Source of the DNA: Chloroflexota bacterium
GTDB lineage: Bacteria; Chloroflexota; Dehalococcoidia; Lucifugimonadales; JADFKI01
NCBI GenBank assembly: GCA_027623195.1
Contig: JAQBUT010000005.1
Coordinates: 1-64,000, forward strand
DNA: 64,000 nucleotides
Reading direction: 5' to 3'
Shown: positions 39,783 to 50,348 of the stretch, in pieces
Layout of the letters: each line of letters starts with the position of its first letter
Numbering within the stretch: the stretch's first letter is position 1
The notes under the pieces: generated by a model
Told to the model about the DNA's origin: nothing
The model's database searches: none
The model's input: the letters and a program-made list of their open reading frames with translations, nothing else
Made by a program: the position numbers and the translations under genes

Positions 39783-40868
39783 TCACGTTTGAATATTTAG
39801 AAAACTTCGAAACTCGGGACTTGCGACATAATCATTGAAACCATATGGGTACAGTTCGTGGAATGGCGGAGGCACTCCAACTCCAATGGATCGAACTCCT
39901 CGTTGAAACCGCGAATACGCATCGCCGGTCGCACTTTCGCCTTTGCCAACTACCCGTACGAAGGACACTGCTGTCGGATGCAAAGTGGAATCAAGAAGCC
40001 CTAACAGGTCGTCATCCATCCCACTTGTACCCACTATATGAAATTTATGGCAGCTCTTCAAAAACGAAGTCGCTGATGCCACGTGGGCGTCAGGTGCCAC
40101 AATATCCGTTAAGCCTTTGCCCGCCAGCGGAGCCGTCAGCACAGGATAATACCTGCTGCCGTGTTGCAATAATCCTGCGACGGATTCGACGTTGTTTTGG
40201 ATCAAAATGTTTTCTACAGACGTCCTGACTAATGGGTCGAAATCCATTACGACGTCGTTCCAGGTTCTCTTGTCTCCATTTATCATCTTTTTGAACCAGT
40301 TTACCGACCCATGCAGTTTGAGTATCGTCGCTCCACGAATCGGATTGATATAAGCATCCATTGAATTGAATACGAGATCGGCGTTACGGTCGTAATTGGT
40401 AAGTGCCGTTTCTAACAACGTGTCGTAATTAAGTACCAGGAATAGAACATCATGGGGAACTTCGGCCATCAATTCAGAGATCAGAACCTCGTAATTGCTT
40501 GGGGAATGAACGTAACTCGTGCTCGCGAGATGAATAAGGTCTCTTTGGTAACCAGGTACCTACTTGAAGTTCTCGCGTGTTTGCGGGTTGCTGTGCTCGG
40601 ACAATCTTCGTAATTCACTTTCCAGGCTAAATTCGCCTGACGACGATAATTTGAAAGCTAGACCTTGGGCGATAAATGCGGCCCCTGGGTACCTCTATAG
40701 TACGTCCCAGTAATGACTTTTAAGGTGGATGTCTTGAAAGAGATCACGTGCCAATGGTGGCTGAAAGTTGTTGCTTCTCAGCGGCGCACCCGGCCCTGCC
40801 ACGTCATGAGATGCGCCAGCTCCCAATATCACACATATCTTCGGTAAATCAGGCGTTTCAACAACCAT
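39783..40868 (-). pseudogene. SIR2-like domain gene interrupted by two in-frame TAG codons
   Basis: ILGAGAS, LNYDTLLE, LKLHGSVNW and VGTSGMD all in one frame; TAG at 40697-40695 and 40562-40560. Confidence 0.75.
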
Positions 40869-41041
40869 ATGGTATTCCCCCCCTGCATGAAGGCAGTCTC
40901 CAATTCGTCCCATGGTGGGTTATAGGTAATTCTTGTTGAAGGAGCAATTTTAGTCAATCCGGCCGTTGACCACTCCCAAGGCATGCCTTAATCTGAAAAC
41001 AGGTTAAGTCTGGCATATGAAGCTTCGGGAGGCAGGCCAAG

Positions 41042-42475
41042 TTGGCAAATAATCAGGGATCACATCCTCCAAGGCTCCCGCTTCGAGAGACGCTTGACGG
41101 TCTGCCACCAGAGTGGCCTCACGACCCTCTGCCGGATATCAGAGCCCTCATCAGCCAATCGGGCAAGAAGATTGTTGTGTTCGATGACGACCCCACTGGC
41201 ACGCAGACGGTGCACGACGTGCCGGTGCTTACCGATTACAGCGTGGACGCCCTATGCCGGGAGATGGCCGAGGACTTCCCTATATTCTACGTGCTCACGA
41301 ACTCCCGGGGGCTGCCTGAAATCCCCGCCCGAAAGCTAAACGCCGCCATCGCCATGAACGTAGCCCAGGCTTCCCAACGCGCGCGCAAGGACTTCATTCT
41401 GGTAAGCCGCAGCGACTCAACGCTGCGGGGCCACTTCCCCGCCGAAACAGACTCCATAACTCAAGCCCTTGACCTGAAATACGACGGACTGGTTTTCACG
41501 CCGTTCTTCCTGGAGGGGGGCCGCTACACCATTAATAACGTCCACTACGTGGCAGAAGACGAATGGCTGACGCCTGCTGGACAGACCGAGTTCGCACGGG
41601 ACCCGGCGTTCTCCTTCCAGTCGTCGGACGTCCCCGGCTACATCCAGGAAAAGACCGGCGGAGCTATCAAAGCGGACGCAGTGACTATGATTTCCTTGGA
41701 AGACGTGCGGACCGGAGGACCGGACAGAGTTTCGGAAATACTGTCGCGTGTGAAAGGCCGGGCAGTCGTAGGCGTTAACGCTGTCAGCATGCGGGACATC
41801 GAGGTCTTCATGCTGGGCCTGCTGAAAACAGAGGGGAAGAAATTCATCTTTCGTACAGCAGCCTCCTTACTTAGGGCCATGCTGGGACAGGAAGGCAGGC
41901 CCCTTCTGACGGCATCGGAGATGGACGTCGGCAACGCGGGCGGCGGCCTGACCATCGTAGGCTCGTACGTTCCCAGGACTACCGGCCAGCTCAACCATCT
42001 GCTAGGCAACGGCGAGGTGAAGGGCGTCGAGATAAAAGTCGAGAGATTGCTGGAAGAATCGTGCCGTTCGGACGAGATTAGGCGGGTACGAGAGGAAATA
42101 AACGACCTGTTGCGCGATGGCAAGGATACGGTGGCCTTCACCAGCCGCGAACTGGTAAGCGGAAACTCTGCCGACGAAAGCCTGCATATTGGCAACACCG
42201 TATCGCAGGCGCTGGTGAAGATCGCCAGTTCGCTGGAGGCGCGTCCCAGATACCTTATTGCCAAGGGGGGCAATACCTGCAGCCAGATAGCCACCGAGGC
42301 CTTAGGCGTTCGTCGGGCATGGGCGCTAGGTCAGGTGTACCCCGGCGTACCCGTCTGGCGGCTAGGAGAAGAGTCTAAGTATCAGGACATGGCTTACGTG
42401 GTCTTCCCAGGCAACGTGGGTGGCGACGACGCCCTCACGAACGTCGTGAAAACATTGAGGTCCCCCCAGTGCTGA
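41042..42475 (+). CDS. Four-carbon acid sugar kinase family (DUF1537)
   Basis: DDDPTG, TNSR, RSDSTLRGH, AKGG, PGVP, FPGNVG. Confidence 0.9.
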   Translation: MANNQGSHPPRLPLRETLDGLPPEWPHDPLPDIRALISQSGKKIVVFDDDPTGTQTVHDVPVLTDYSVDALCREMAEDFPIFYVLTNSRGLPEIPARKLNAAIAMNVAQASQRARKDFILVSRSDSTLRGHFPAETDSITQALDLKYDGLVFTPFFLEGGRYTINNVHYVAEDEWLTPAGQTEFARDPAFSFQSSDVPGYIQEKTGGAIKADAVTMISLEDVRTGGPDRVSEILSRVKGRAVVGVNAVSMRDIEVFMLGLLKTEGKKFIFRTAASLLRAMLGQEGRPLLTASEMDVGNAGGGLTIVGSYVPRTTGQLNHLLGNGEVKGVEIKVERLLEESCRSDEIRRVREEINDLLRDGKDTVAFTSRELVSGNSADESLHIGNTVSQALVKIASSLEARPRYLIAKGGNTCSQIATEALGVRRAWALGQVYPGVPVWRLGEESKYQDMAYVVFPGNVGGDDALTNVVKTLRSPQC

Positions 42476-43314
42476 CGTCCACAAAGACCATGCTGAATAT
42501 GGCCCGGGAAGGCGACTACGCCGTGGGCGCCTTCAACATTTACAACCTGGAAGGCGTGTTGGCCGTTGTAGCCGCAGCCGAAGAGGAGTTCAGTCCGGCA
42601 ATCCTGCAGCTTCATCCGGCCTCTCTGCGGCACGGGGGCAAAACCCTGGTGGAGATGTGCCTTGCCGCTGTCAGGAGTACGTTCATACCCATGTCAGTAC
42701 ACCTGGACCACAGCGCTTCGGACGAGGATATTCGGCTGGCCCTAGACGCTGGCCTGGTCTCCATCATGGCGGACGGGTCCAGCCTGCCCTACGACGACAA
42801 CATAGCCTTCACCGGCGGCGTTACGGCGTTGGTTCACAGTAAAGACGGCACCGTAGAGGCCGAGCTGGGTCGCCTCACAGGCACTGAAGACGACCTTACC
42901 GTGCCCGAGAATCTCGCCAAGTTCACTGATCCTGACCAGGCAGCGGATTTCGTGGATCGAACAGGCATAGATGCACTGGCCGTTTGCATTGGCAATGTCC
43001 ACGGGACGTATCGCGGTGCGCCTAGCCTTGATTTCCATAGGCTGCAGGCCATCGAGGCGAATATAAGCATCCCGCTAGTGCTGCATGGCGCATCCGGCCT
43101 GCCAGAAGATATGATCAGCCGTTCCATTGCCTTTGGCGTCCGTAAATTCAACGTGAACACAGAAGTCCGGCAGGCCTACATTTCCAGCCTCACAGACAGG
43201 CTTGGCGAGACCCCCCAGCCCGACCTCACCAGCGTCATGAGCAGCGCGGTCGACGCCATGAAATCGGTCGTCGCATCCAAGATTCGCCTGTTCGGCTCCA
43301 ACGGCAGAGGCTAG
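42469..43314 (+). CDS. Class II ketose-bisphosphate aldolase
   Basis: AVGAFN, HLDH, EAELG, GNVHG, LVLHGASG, KFNVNTE; overlaps the kinase stop. Confidence 0.92.
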   Translation: MLTSTKTMLNMAREGDYAVGAFNIYNLEGVLAVVAAAEEEFSPAILQLHPASLRHGGKTLVEMCLAAVRSTFIPMSVHLDHSASDEDIRLALDAGLVSIMADGSSLPYDDNIAFTGGVTALVHSKDGTVEAELGRLTGTEDDLTVPENLAKFTDPDQAADFVDRTGIDALAVCIGNVHGTYRGAPSLDFHRLQAIEANISIPLVLHGASGLPEDMISRSIAFGVRKFNVNTEVRQAYISSLTDRLGETPQPDLTSVMSSAVDAMKSVVASKIRLFGSNGRG

Positions 43315-43409
43315 TCGCCCCTACCCAACGTACTGCCCACGCTCTATAATTCGCTCAGGGTTATAATTCCCTGAGAACACCCCTTTTTAGATTTCATAGG
43401 CGTGGCAAC

Positions 43410-44687
43410 ATGAAACAGCTTGTCCTGCAACCCATTCACCATACGCAAGGGACGGTCCACCTGCCCGGCTCCAAGAGCATGACGAACCGCGTCCTGCTAT
43501 TAGCATCGTTAGCGGAAGGCGTTACTGACGTTCGCAACATGTTGCAGAGCGAAGACACCACCCACATGCTCAATGCGCTGCGAACGCTAGGGGTGAGCAT
43601 TTCCGTAGACGAGGGCGGCACCGACTGCCGAGTGCAGGGCATCGGAGGTCCCTTCCCTGCGTCCGATGCTGAGCTATTTCTAGGCAACTCCGGCACGACC
43701 ATGCGCTCACTGTGCGCCGCTATATGCCTGGCCAATGGCGACTTCACTCTGACCGGCGAGCCTCGAATGTGGGAGAGGCCTATCAAGGACCTGGTGGACG
43801 CCCTTCGCGCGCTGGGTGCCGACATTCAATACCTGAAGGCGGATGGGTACCCACCGCTTCGTATACAAGCCAACGGACTGCCGGGCGGCAATGTGAAGAT
43901 CAGGGGCAACATATCCAGCCAGTACCTGACAGGACTCCTCCTCGCGGCCCCTCTGTGCGAGGGCGACATGACCATCGAGGTAGAAGGCGAGCTGGTGTCC
44001 AAGCCCTACATAACCATGACCTTAGACGTCATGAGGAGGTTCGGGGTCTCGGTGGTGAACGAGGATTTCCAAACCTTCAAGGTATCTGGAGGGCAGCCAT
44101 ACGTATCCCCGGGACAGGCGCACGTGGAGGGCGACGCATCATCTGCGACCTACTTCCTCTCCGCAGGGGCCATCTCAGGCAAGGTCCGGGTGGACGGCGT
44201 GGGCAGCGACAGCGTGCAGGGCGACATCGCGCACGCAGACGTGCTGAAGCAGATGGGCGCTTCCGTATCCATGGGACCGGACTGGATCGAGGTGGAGCAT
44301 GGCGACCTGCACGGCGTGGACCTGGACCTGAACCACATGCCCGACGCGGCTATGACTGTGGCGGTCACAGCCCTGTTCGCCAAGGGAAAGACTACCATTC
44401 GCAACATCTACAACTGGCGGGTAAAAGAGACTGATCGCCTTAGCGCCATGGCTACCGAGCTTCGCAAAGTGGGCGCGGACGTCGTGGAGGGCAACGATTA
44501 CCTAGAGATAACCCCTCCTGAGCAGATACGAGCTGCAGTCATTGACACTTACAATGACCACCGAATGGCCATGTGCTTCTCGCTTGCAGCCCTGGGCGAC
44601 GCCACAATCACCATCAACGACCCGGACTGTGTCTCCAAAACCTTTCCAGACTACTTCGATAGGCTACGGGAAATTACCAGCGACTAG
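43410..44687 (+). CDS. aroA: EPSP synthase
   Basis: [39 protein letters not shown]. Confidence 0.97.
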   Translation: MKQLVLQPIHHTQGTVHLPGSKSMTNRVLLLASLAEGVTDVRNMLQSEDTTHMLNALRTLGVSISVDEGGTDCRVQGIGGPFPASDAELFLGNSGTTMRSLCAAICLANGDFTLTGEPRMWERPIKDLVDALRALGADIQYLKADGYPPLRIQANGLPGGNVKIRGNISSQYLTGLLLAAPLCEGDMTIEVEGELVSKPYITMTLDVMRRFGVSVVNEDFQTFKVSGGQPYVSPGQAHVEGDASSATYFLSAGAISGKVRVDGVGSDSVQGDIAHADVLKQMGASVSMGPDWIEVEHGDLHGVDLDLNHMPDAAMTVAVTALFAKGKTTIRNIYNWRVKETDRLSAMATELRKVGADVVEGNDYLEITPPEQIRAAVIDTYNDHRMAMCFSLAALGDATITINDPDCVSKTFPDYFDRLREITSD

Positions 44688-45202
44688 TTTACGAAGTAAG
44701 GGAAAGGTTCTTGGCCCGACGCCGTGGCTATCATAGCTAAGAATGACGCCGGGCCTGGTTCCTTAGTAGATATATATAAGGTGGGGGCCATATTTCCAGA
44801 GTCGCCCTCGAACAAAAAGTGCCGAATACTTTTTGGGCGGGGCTTCCTGAGCCTCATTTCATGTAATTACCTTAACGCCCGTATTGATTGCCTCTCCACA
44901 TCTCCGTGCCAACCCTCTCAATTTTCTGGGTGCCTGCACGCGCTTTTTAAACCGAGTTTTAGACAACTCAGTGACGGGCGGATTGCAGCTAGCACGGGCC
45001 TACCATTTAACGGACCGCCGTCCTTGCACCTATCCCCTTTGGTGGGCGACTACGACGATGGAATCCGCAAACGCTGTGACAATGAATAGCACACCGGAAG
45101 CACACCGGAAGTCGTGTAGCCCATGTGGACACGCAGTGAGAGTTAAGACCTGAATTTATCAAAAAGCTCAATTATCGAGTTGCGAGGCAGGGAGGAATTG
45201 GT

Positions 45203-45598
45203 ATGAGCCCCAAAGTGGTGGTAGTGGATGATCAGGACATGATAAGGGAAGTCTTGGTCGAAACCTTGCAACTCAGTGGATATGAAGCATTTCAGGCCTC
45301 AAACGGTGATGAAGGCCTGAGACTTGTTGAAGAGCACTGTCCCGAACTGGTAATTACCGACATTCGAATGCCCGGAATGGATGGTTTCGAATTCAGCCGA
45401 AAGATCAGGGAAACCAGTGAGGCCCGAATCATAATGCTTAGCGGGCTGGACGAACAGTCCCACAACGATGATCCCACCGGCCTTATTGATGCCTACATGA
45501 TGAAGCCAATAATGCTACAGGAATTTCTTTCCGTCGTGGAAGCCGTGATCGCGGGCGATGGTATGGCATCCACAGAAAACATCGGAGCGGTCGCTTAA
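45203..45598 (+). CDS. Single-domain response regulator
   Basis: VVDD, TDIRMPGMDG, KP; GGAGG RBS. Confidence 0.9.
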   Translation: MSPKVVVVDDQDMIREVLVETLQLSGYEAFQASNGDEGLRLVEEHCPELVITDIRMPGMDGFEFSRKIRETSEARIIMLSGLDEQSHNDDPTGLIDAYMMKPIMLQEFLSVVEAVIAGDGMASTENIGAVA

Positions 45599-45645
45599 CG
45601 AACGAGGGACCTGCTCACGAGCCTAATTTAGTCCTCCGAATCTGG

Positions 45646-45682
45646 AAATACGCCTTCCTTGAAATATAGGGAGGCGTATTTT
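45646..45682. terminator. Probable bidirectional terminator
   Basis: AAATACGCCTTCCT / AGGGAGGCGTATTT stem between convergent genes. Confidence 0.7.
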
Positions 45683-45719
45683 CGTGTGGGCAATTTGTAA
45701 TTTACTCAGAGCACCCACA

Positions 45720-46517
45720 TCACTTATCGAGCCTGAAGACCTCCACCGCCGTTTTTCCCATTACCCATTCCTTGTCTATGTCACTGGAAAACGCAGGATG
45801 GTCCATGATGCCCTGAAGCGCGTTGCGATAACCCTCGCGACCGCTAACGGGCGGGTAGTCGCTTCCCCACATCATGCGACGCGGCCCGAAAGCGTCGTAG
45901 GCCATCTCTATAAGGGGCGGCGTGTCGTCGAAGCGAAATTTCGGCAAGAGCGCCGGCGGCCTCGTGCTAATCTCTCCAAGTCCTCCGACCTTCAAGTAGG
46001 TGTTGGGATAATTGGCCAGAGCCATCGCCTTCTTGAACTGTACGTACGGCGGCTGGGCGCCTGACCCAACGCCGGCCAGATGCTCAACAATTATTGGCAT
46101 GTCGGGGAATTTGCTTACCAACGTATTAAACTCGTCCGACGCGAATCCGTTCGTGCTCTCCAACGCCCCAAGGCTGCTGACGACCAACCCTAACTCCGAC
46201 GCCTTACGCCAGATGGCCAGCGGATCATCGCCTGGTGAGCGTGCCCCTGGCGGCAACCGCACCCCAACGATACCCTTGGTGGCCCACTTCTCCAACGTTT
46301 GCGGCGCATCTGGTTGGGTGTAGTCAACAATGGCCACTACGGAGAATCTGTCCATAAATCGGTTGGCGCACTCCAGCAGGTAGGTGTTGTCGTAGGTTCC
46401 GCCGTGCTGTATGAGCACCGCTTTATCAACGGAGTTCGTGTTCATCTGGTGCAGAAGCAGCTCAACCGGCTCAAACCAGCTTTGCCCCGCGTGGCAGTGT
46501 GTATCAACTATAAGCAT
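45720..46517 (-). CDS. Amidohydrolase_2 family (lactonase-like)
   Basis: VDTHCH, EHLA, RMMWGSDYP. Confidence 0.88.
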   Translation of the reverse strand: MLIVDTHCHAGQSWFEPVELLLHQMNTNSVDKAVLIQHGGTYDNTYLLECANRFMDRFSVVAIVDYTQPDAPQTLEKWATKGIVGVRLPPGARSPGDDPLAIWRKASELGLVVSSLGALESTNGFASDEFNTLVSKFPDMPIIVEHLAGVGSGAQPPYVQFKKAMALANYPNTYLKVGGLGEISTRPPALLPKFRFDDTPPLIEMAYDAFGPRRMMWGSDYPPVSGREGYRNALQGIMDHPAFSSDIDKEWVMGKTAVEVFRLDK

Positions 46518-46769
46518 CTCAAGCCTCTCAGGTGCCTATTTGGCGGGCAGGCCATCCGCTGCCCAATAGTAAACTAATCAAATAAGGCAAAGTCCATTTT
46601 TCAACTAGAGGCAAATGATACACCAAGACCTGGGCCTTTACCCCTCCCAAACATACTCCTTGGACGCGGAGCAGGAGGGCGCGGCCAGGTATGGCACAAC
46701 ATTATCCAATCCCGGCTCCAACGTGAGAAATGCAGTGTCAACAATTGGAAATCCGTTTAACTCAATAGA

Positions 46770-47318
46770 ATGAAAAGTACAAGTTGCTTGAATGCCGGTC
46801 TGAAAACGGTAGCCCTTCTGGTTATGCTCGCGGGGCTCCTGTTAGTTGCCTGTGTGCGAGAAGAGGTGCAGGCGGGATCAGAAGTGCCGACAATCGACGT
46901 TGCAATAAGCGATTTCACGAACACTGATATTGGCTGGGGTGTTACCGCCCTACCATCCTTAATTTCCCTACCATCCTCACCTTCGGCAAGAAGAGTTATC
47001 TTTAATATCACGAACATCAATGCCGCCAGCACGTTGGCAGACACGCCGGACATCGCTCACACCCTTTGGGTGATAAAGTCTGACCTGCCGCCAGATAACC
47101 TACCAACAAAAGGGCCCGGTCTTGGAGTTGATATCTCCAAATTGGATGTGTGGGGTGCGGTGCCTGCCTTAAATTCAGGAGAAAAATCCGCTCTTCATCT
47201 CGACCTAGAGCCTGGCAAGTACGTATTGATATGCAACATCGTTCCCAACAACGTTGAGTTCCCGTCACATTATGAACAGGGCAGCTTTACAGGTTTCACT
47301 GTGAAAGAAGAACGTTAA
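46770..47318 (+). CDS. Cupredoxin-like lipoprotein
   Basis: Lipobox LVAC; HTLWV..; LEPGKYVLICN...HYEQG. Confidence 0.7.
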   Translation: MKSTSCLNAGLKTVALLVMLAGLLLVACVREEVQAGSEVPTIDVAISDFTNTDIGWGVTALPSLISLPSSPSARRVIFNITNINAASTLADTPDIAHTLWVIKSDLPPDNLPTKGPGLGVDISKLDVWGAVPALNSGEKSALHLDLEPGKYVLICNIVPNNVEFPSHYEQGSFTGFTVKEER

Positions 47319-47393
47319 GTCGCTTCGTTCAGCCCAGCCCTCTCACTTTCCTCTGTCCGGCAATCCAATTCTCTTTAGTCTGGAAACCATCCT

Positions 47394-48260
47394 CTAAGAC
47401 TGCGAATCGTACCAGTCCAGAATCTCCCCACCGGTCATCAGCAGCACGCCTTCGTGAGAGGTGATGTACTCCAGCAGCTTTTCGAAATAGCCAATTCGAT
47501 GCGGCACGCCCGTCACATAGGGATGCAGCGCTATACACATAATACGAGCAGACTCAGACCCTTCGCTGTAGAGCCTGTCGAACTGGTCCTTGCCCCTATC
47601 GAATATTTCTGACGACTTGTGGTGCTGTACGACATACATAGGAATGTCGTTCATTTCTACAGTGTAAGGAATGGAGACCATTCGCCCGGTCTTCACTTTC
47701 ATTGGGACGGGCTGGTCATCCATAACCCAGTCGCAGATGTACTCGATGCCCGCTGCGGCCAACAGGTCTGGCGTATCCGATGTCTCTGCAAGGCCGGGCC
47801 CCATCCATCCCCTGGGGGCTGTGCCTCCCGTTGCCTCCGTTATTGTGTCAACGGTCTTCCGTATCACTGCCTCTTCGTCGTCCTCTAAAGGCAGGGCTCG
47901 CTGCAAGAAGCCATGGCCCATCATCTCCCAATTGGCGTCCAACATAGCCTTGAAGACCTCAGGATAAGACAGGCAGACGGATGCGTTAAGGCTGACCGTG
48001 GCCCGCATGCGAATCCTGTCCAAAGCGGCCTTGATACGCCAGAAGCCCACGCGCATGCCGTACTCATGCCAGCTATAGTTGGGAATGTCCGGCACAACGG
48101 ACGCCCCTTGAGGCGTGGGAAGCACCTGACGCGCCATCTTGTCGTTGATGTTCCATTCCTCTACGTTTACCACCACCCACAGCGCCAACCTGGCGCCGTT
48201 GGGCAGCTTCAGAGGCTTCCTGTCGTTAATTGCAGAGTAGTCTGCTCGAGGGTTGCTCAA
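47394..48260 (-). CDS. Polysaccharide deacetylase family (PuuE/allantoinase-like)
   Basis: EYGMRVGFWR, PRGWMGPG, DDQP, LHPY. Confidence 0.88.
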   Translation of the reverse strand: MSNPRADYSAINDRKPLKLPNGARLALWVVVNVEEWNINDKMARQVLPTPQGASVVPDIPNYSWHEYGMRVGFWRIKAALDRIRMRATVSLNASVCLSYPEVFKAMLDANWEMMGHGFLQRALPLEDDEEAVIRKTVDTITEATGGTAPRGWMGPGLAETSDTPDLLAAAGIEYICDWVMDDQPVPMKVKTGRMVSIPYTVEMNDIPMYVVQHHKSSEIFDRGKDQFDRLYSEGSESARIMCIALHPYVTGVPHRIGYFEKLLEYITSHEGVLLMTGGEILDWYDSQS

Positions 48261-48278
48261 ATTAAATCTCCTGGCAGT

Positions 48279-48728
48279 TTAAGGCCTTTTTTGAGGCTCT
48301 ATTCTCTCCCAAACCAGGGACAACGTCCACGTTACATCTCGGAATTGGGTGGGCAGGGACTCCAGCTTTAACTGGTTCCCGTCGAAGGTGAATATTCGAA
48401 CCTGGTCCGAGTTTTCCCAATTGGGAAAGGAGCTAGCCTCCAACTGGTGGGTCACTATCTGCTTTTCATTATCTATGGCGTAGGTGCCGCAGTAGGCCAT
48501 CATCTTATCCATGGCCCCCTTAGCCTCATCCGGGGTGCTCCGGGCCGGGTTATCGGAAGCGAACTTTTCCCTGTCGGAAGCCGTGAGCAGGACGCCCAGG
48601 TTGCCGTCCGCGTCGTAAATGATCTTGCCGTAGGGTGCATCGCCGTAGGGCTGGGTAACGCGGCCGTCAGAGCATATGGCTTCGTATGATTTCAGGCTCC
48701 ATCCCCCTATGAATCGTTCGTCCGTCAT
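48279..48728 (-). CDS. Lipocalin-like domain protein
   Basis: GGWSL.S, PYG..P.G, AYCGTY, FPNW...Q.R, LVWER. Confidence 0.82.
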   Translation of the reverse strand: MTDERFIGGWSLKSYEAICSDGRVTQPYGDAPYGKIIYDADGNLGVLLTASDREKFASDNPARSTPDEAKGAMDKMMAYCGTYAIDNEKQIVTHQLEASSFPNWENSDQVRIFTFDGNQLKLESLPTQFRDVTWTLSLVWERIEPQKRP

Positions 48729-49078
48729 GTTGAAAAATCATCCCCTTAGGTTGTTGCCGAGGCCGCTGACGATGCAGCGCTTCTGTTAGGTAGTTTGCGG
48801 GTGAACCTTACCAGAAATTGGCCTTCTAAGAAAGTGTCTCCATGGGATGAATGGGCAACGGAGCTACCCTTTGAGTGACCGCACCCACCCAATTTGAGAA
48901 CAGGCTCGGGGAACTCACAATGAAAACACCCATGACCTATACGCGGTAATAAAGGGAGTATAGTCGGAACACACCAAACGCACACGCCGCGCTAGGAGAA
49001 AACGATTAACGCAGCGTCATGCCAGGGGATGGGTGGAAGATGATCGGAGACATGATGCCAAATCAATTTGTCGCAAGC

Positions 49079-50227
49079 ATGAAAAAGTGGTACGCAGTGG
49101 GCGCAACGGGAACTTTGCTTCTTGCCGCCGCCTGCGGACCAATCAGCGCCCAGGACGCTCAGGGTGTGCTGGACACTGGACGCGAAATTCAAAGGCTTCA
49201 GCAGGAAGAGATAACCCCCAGGCTGGATGCCATTACCGAGCTCCAGCAGGAAATTGAGCCTCTTGAGACCCGACTCCGGGAGATCAAGAAAGAGTTCCGC
49301 GGGATTGAACGAGATTCAATCGGTCCTATGAAAGAGGATTTCAAGGAATCCAATTTCGGACCTGACCATGAGTTGATTCGCGAGCTTGAAGAAGAGATGC
49401 AGGCGCGTATGCACGCAATCGACGAAGAACAGCGCGAGTTGGATGGCCAACGACGTGATATAGAAACAGCCCTTCATAACGAGACCAGGGGCTTTGAGGA
49501 ACAGTTCAAAGACGTTGAAAAAGATAAGTCTGATCGTATGAGGGAGATCGACGAAGAGCTTCGTTACCTGCACCAGGGAACAGAAGACGAAGTCCAGGAT
49601 CTTTATTAGGACGCTGCGAAAATAGAAAACAAGATAAGCCGCACTGATTGGAACGATCCCGACGACGCTCAGAAGGCAGAAGAGCTTGAAGACGAGTTGA
49701 AGGATATTCACGACCGTATTCAGGACATGGAAGACGAGAACCGTCGGAGAATCGAAGGGCTTGAGAATGAACACTACGCCTTGGATGAAAAGTCCTGGGA
49801 CATGCAAAATAAAATGCAGTCCTTCTACGATGATCTAGAAGAACGAACGAGAGACGAGTTCGACGCCATCGAAACCCGGCGAATGGAACTGGATGAGGAG
49901 CGCTGGGCCCTAGACGATGAGATGCGGCAGAAATTCGAAGAGGCCGAAGCGACCTTCAGGGATCAAAAGCAAGAGCACAGGGAGCTTATAACGGCGGTTG
50001 TGGATGACCAACTGGGGCCTCTGGAGGAGGAAGCCCTGGACCTGGAGATGCAGCTCGAAGATCTTTACACTCGTGAGCATGCACTACAGCGTGAGCTGGC
50101 CGCTTTCAGCCAGGAGATTGCTCCGCTACGCCAGACCATGGAGTCATCTATGCTTGATCTGCTTGATTCGGCCATTCAGGCAGCGGAGAGCAACCCTATG
50201 ATCTTCGCAGACGACTCAACCGATTAG
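49079..50227 (+). pseudogene. Acidic coiled-coil lipoprotein with one in-frame TAG
   Basis: Lipobox AAAC; ORFs 49019..49609 and 49697..50227 share a frame, separated only by TAG 49607-49609; same E/D/R-rich composition on both sides. Confidence 0.7.
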
Positions 50228-50250
50228 ATTCCAACCAAGTCATCTTCTGT

Positions 50251-50284
50251 AAAAAAGGCCTCCCCAGTGGGGAGGCCTTTTTTT
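50251..50284. terminator. Bidirectional intrinsic terminator
   Basis: AAAAAAGGCCTCCCC-AGT-GGGGAGGCCTTTTTT. Confidence 0.9.
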
Positions 50285-50348
50285 GATCTATGTTCATTAT
50301 GCTACCCGAAGCCCGCACGGGGGCCTCTGCTTCCGGTTAGCCAAGTGC

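Noticed and set aside
39777..41009. Integron cassette, because GTTAAGT fits GTTRRRY
   Set aside because: No attC structure with a matching RYYYAAC and no intI gene.
44724..45153. ORFs of 121 and 89 aa after aroA
   Set aside because: Non-protein-like composition and no motif; probably the regulatory region of the response regulator.
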